A stretch of DNA of 64,000 bases from an uncultured delta proteobacterium. Its GTDB lineage: Bacteria; Desulfobacterota; WTBG01; CAIYCZ01. This document shows positions 62,199-64,000 of the stretch, piece after piece (position 1 is the first letter of the stretch; each line of letters starts with the position of its first letter). The notes below the pieces were generated by a model. That model did not search any database and had not been told where the DNA came from. It was given only the letters and a program-made list of their open reading frames with translations. Location: the NCBI GenBank assembly GCA_963803975.1, contig CAWDOY010000003.1, forward strand, positions 319,919 to 383,918, read 5' to 3'. The position numbers were made by a program, and so were the translations under genes.

Positions 62199-63985
62199 TG
62201 TCAAAAGTTTTTTAGATATTATTGCTAAACTCCAAGCAACTTCATAGCGTTAGTGTAAAGCAGCTTGCCTCCCCCCACAATTGTGTGTTTAATAAAACAA
62301 TTTGTGAAACAGGGGAGGTCACGGTATGCCTAAAATTGCTCGCTTTGTTATTTGGATCTGTTCAAAGTTTACCCGCAAAGAAATAGAACTTATTATTAAC
62401 GGACTGATAGATGTCCTGCACAACCGTAACCCGGAGATAAAACCAAAAGATGATTTCAAACAGAAACATCCTCAGTATAGATCCTTTTCTATAGACCCTC
62501 ACCCTCCGTTAACAGAGATGCCTGATGCAAAACAAAAAAAACCTTCCACCCACTATAAACTCATTCTGACTGAGTATGAAGCGCTACACGGAAAACCCCT
62601 GCGCCCGGTGAAACGTCGTGCATCATCACCGCAAGTGCCGACCACAACGATTTGCCCACACTGCTCCGCCCCGCACTCCTATCTCTATTACAATGACGGC
62701 CGCCAGCGATCTCAAGTGCGATGCAAGGTCTGTGGCCACCTGTTTCTCATCAGCATGCGCTTCCGGGAAAAAAAACTAAATACTACTGCCCCCATTGTCA
62801 GCATGCCCTGTTTATCTGGAAAGTCCGCCCGGAGGTCACTATCTATAAATGCGGTAATGATTCCTGCCCGCACCGTATCCAGAACCTTAATAAACTTAAT
62901 CCCGCTGAACGGCTCCTGCGTAACGGCCGCTCTTCTCAATTTAAGCTGTGCTATCAGTATCGGGAGTACCACTTCCAGCCCCGGCAACTCCAGCACTCTG
63001 CTCCCCTAAAACCCAAAGTTGACATCACCAAAATCCATAACTCAGCCAACATCCTGGGCCTCATCTTAACCTTCTATGTCTCCTTTGCCATCAGTGCCAG
63101 AAAATCAGCCCTGATGCTGCGCTCGGTCTTTAATGTCCCGGTTTCCTATCAAACCGTCCTCAATTACGCTGAGGCTGCTTCATATTACTGCCACCGCTTT
63201 AACCGCGCCTTTAAAGGACCTGTCGATGATCTCAGCGCCGGGGATGAAACCTATATCAAAATCAACGGCAAACACGCTTATACCTTCCTGTTCATCTCTT
63301 CCCAAAGGCACGCCATCACTGCTTACCATGTCGCTGACAACAGAGGCACTGTTCCAGCTCTTGCGGCTATCAATGAAGCCATCAGAACCGCCCAGCCAGA
63401 CCAGTCAATAGGCATTGTTACCGATGACAACCCTTCCTATGCTGCTGCGATCCTCTACCTCAATACCCTCCCTGATAAGCACCCCGCTATAACCCATCAT
63501 AAAGTCATTGGCCTGCAAAACCTGGATGAACAATCAACCGAGTTCAGGCCATTTAAACAACTCATTGAGCGCCTCAACAGAACCTATAAACAGCACATCA
63601 GACCGTCCCATGGGTTTAACTCCCCCAATGGCGCTGTCGCTCTTACCACGCTGTTTGTCACTCACTACAACTTCCTGCGCCCGCATATGGCGCTCAATTA
63701 CCAGCCGCCTATCCAACTGCCGGCCCTTGACTCGATCACTACCATTCAGGGCAAATGGACCAAAATACTGTCACTGGCTGCCTGACTACGCTTCCTGTTT
63801 ATCAAAAAGCTTTTTTGCCGGGGTGTCTTCAGTACGTTTTACCCTTTTGTTCGTTGTCTACCTTTTTTGAAATTTCTTCCTCCGTTGTACGGTTCCCTTG
63901 TCTCGTTGTGCTTCCGAGGTTATGCCTGCTGCCTCGCTATCCTGTTATTCATTCTCCTATCCTATCTTTCATAGAAGTTTTGACA
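62199..63985 (+). mobile_element. Insertion sequence (~1.79 kb) with TGTCAAAA terminal inverted repeats
   Basis: TGTCAAAAGTT at 62199; AAGTTTTGACA ending at 63985; encloses a DDE transposase. Confidence 0.8.
62326..63785 (+). CDS. DDE transposase with zinc-ribbon motifs (IS6/IS240-like DDE core); -1 shift at A8 62768-62775
   Basis: CPHC/CKVC/CPHC; GDETY, VTDDNPSY and IERLNRTYK; HYNFLRPH. Confidence 0.88.
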
Positions 63986-64000
63986 TAATCTTCTATTCAT

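Noticed and set aside
62170..62204. Hybrid promoter from the IS-end TTGACA driving the lipoprotein gene
   Set aside because: No acceptable -10 hexamer at 16-18 nt spacing
173..63988. Numerous short antisense or overlapping ORFs in the supplied track
   Set aside because: They shadow well-supported genes and lack motifs or an RBS, apart from those used to bridge frameshifts

Overview
64 kb of bacterial chromosome, most consistent with a 'deltaproteobacterial' (Desulfobacterota/Myxococcota-like) genome; this taxonomy is inferred from gene content only. Core genes: recG, ihf, yacG, hisS, rsmE, alr, purH(short)/D/E, tsaC, cysteine synthase, lptD, folC, trpEGDC-BA, three tRNAs (Ser-CGA, Gln-CTG, Glu-CTC) and an NrpR/glutamate-synthase divergon. 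Many genes, including essential ones, carry small indel frameshifts, most simply explained as assembly errors. Highlights: (1) a TPR lipoprotein + MMPL/RND + PhnD-like binding protein operon (51.6-56.2 kb) resembling the BstABC sterol-transport system, with no cyclase gene in the window; (2) an unannotated WWW leader peptide and three-helix attenuator before trpE, with trpF missing from the operon; (3) a ~2.5 kb integrase-less islet at tRNA-Glu bounded by ~115 bp direct repeats; (4) candidate non-canonical NrpR operators; (5) many MITE/REP-like and short-period repeat cassettes; (6) Cys-rich surface proteins and an IS with TGTCAAAA inverted ends at the right edge. All family assignments are from motif recognition; no database searches were run.
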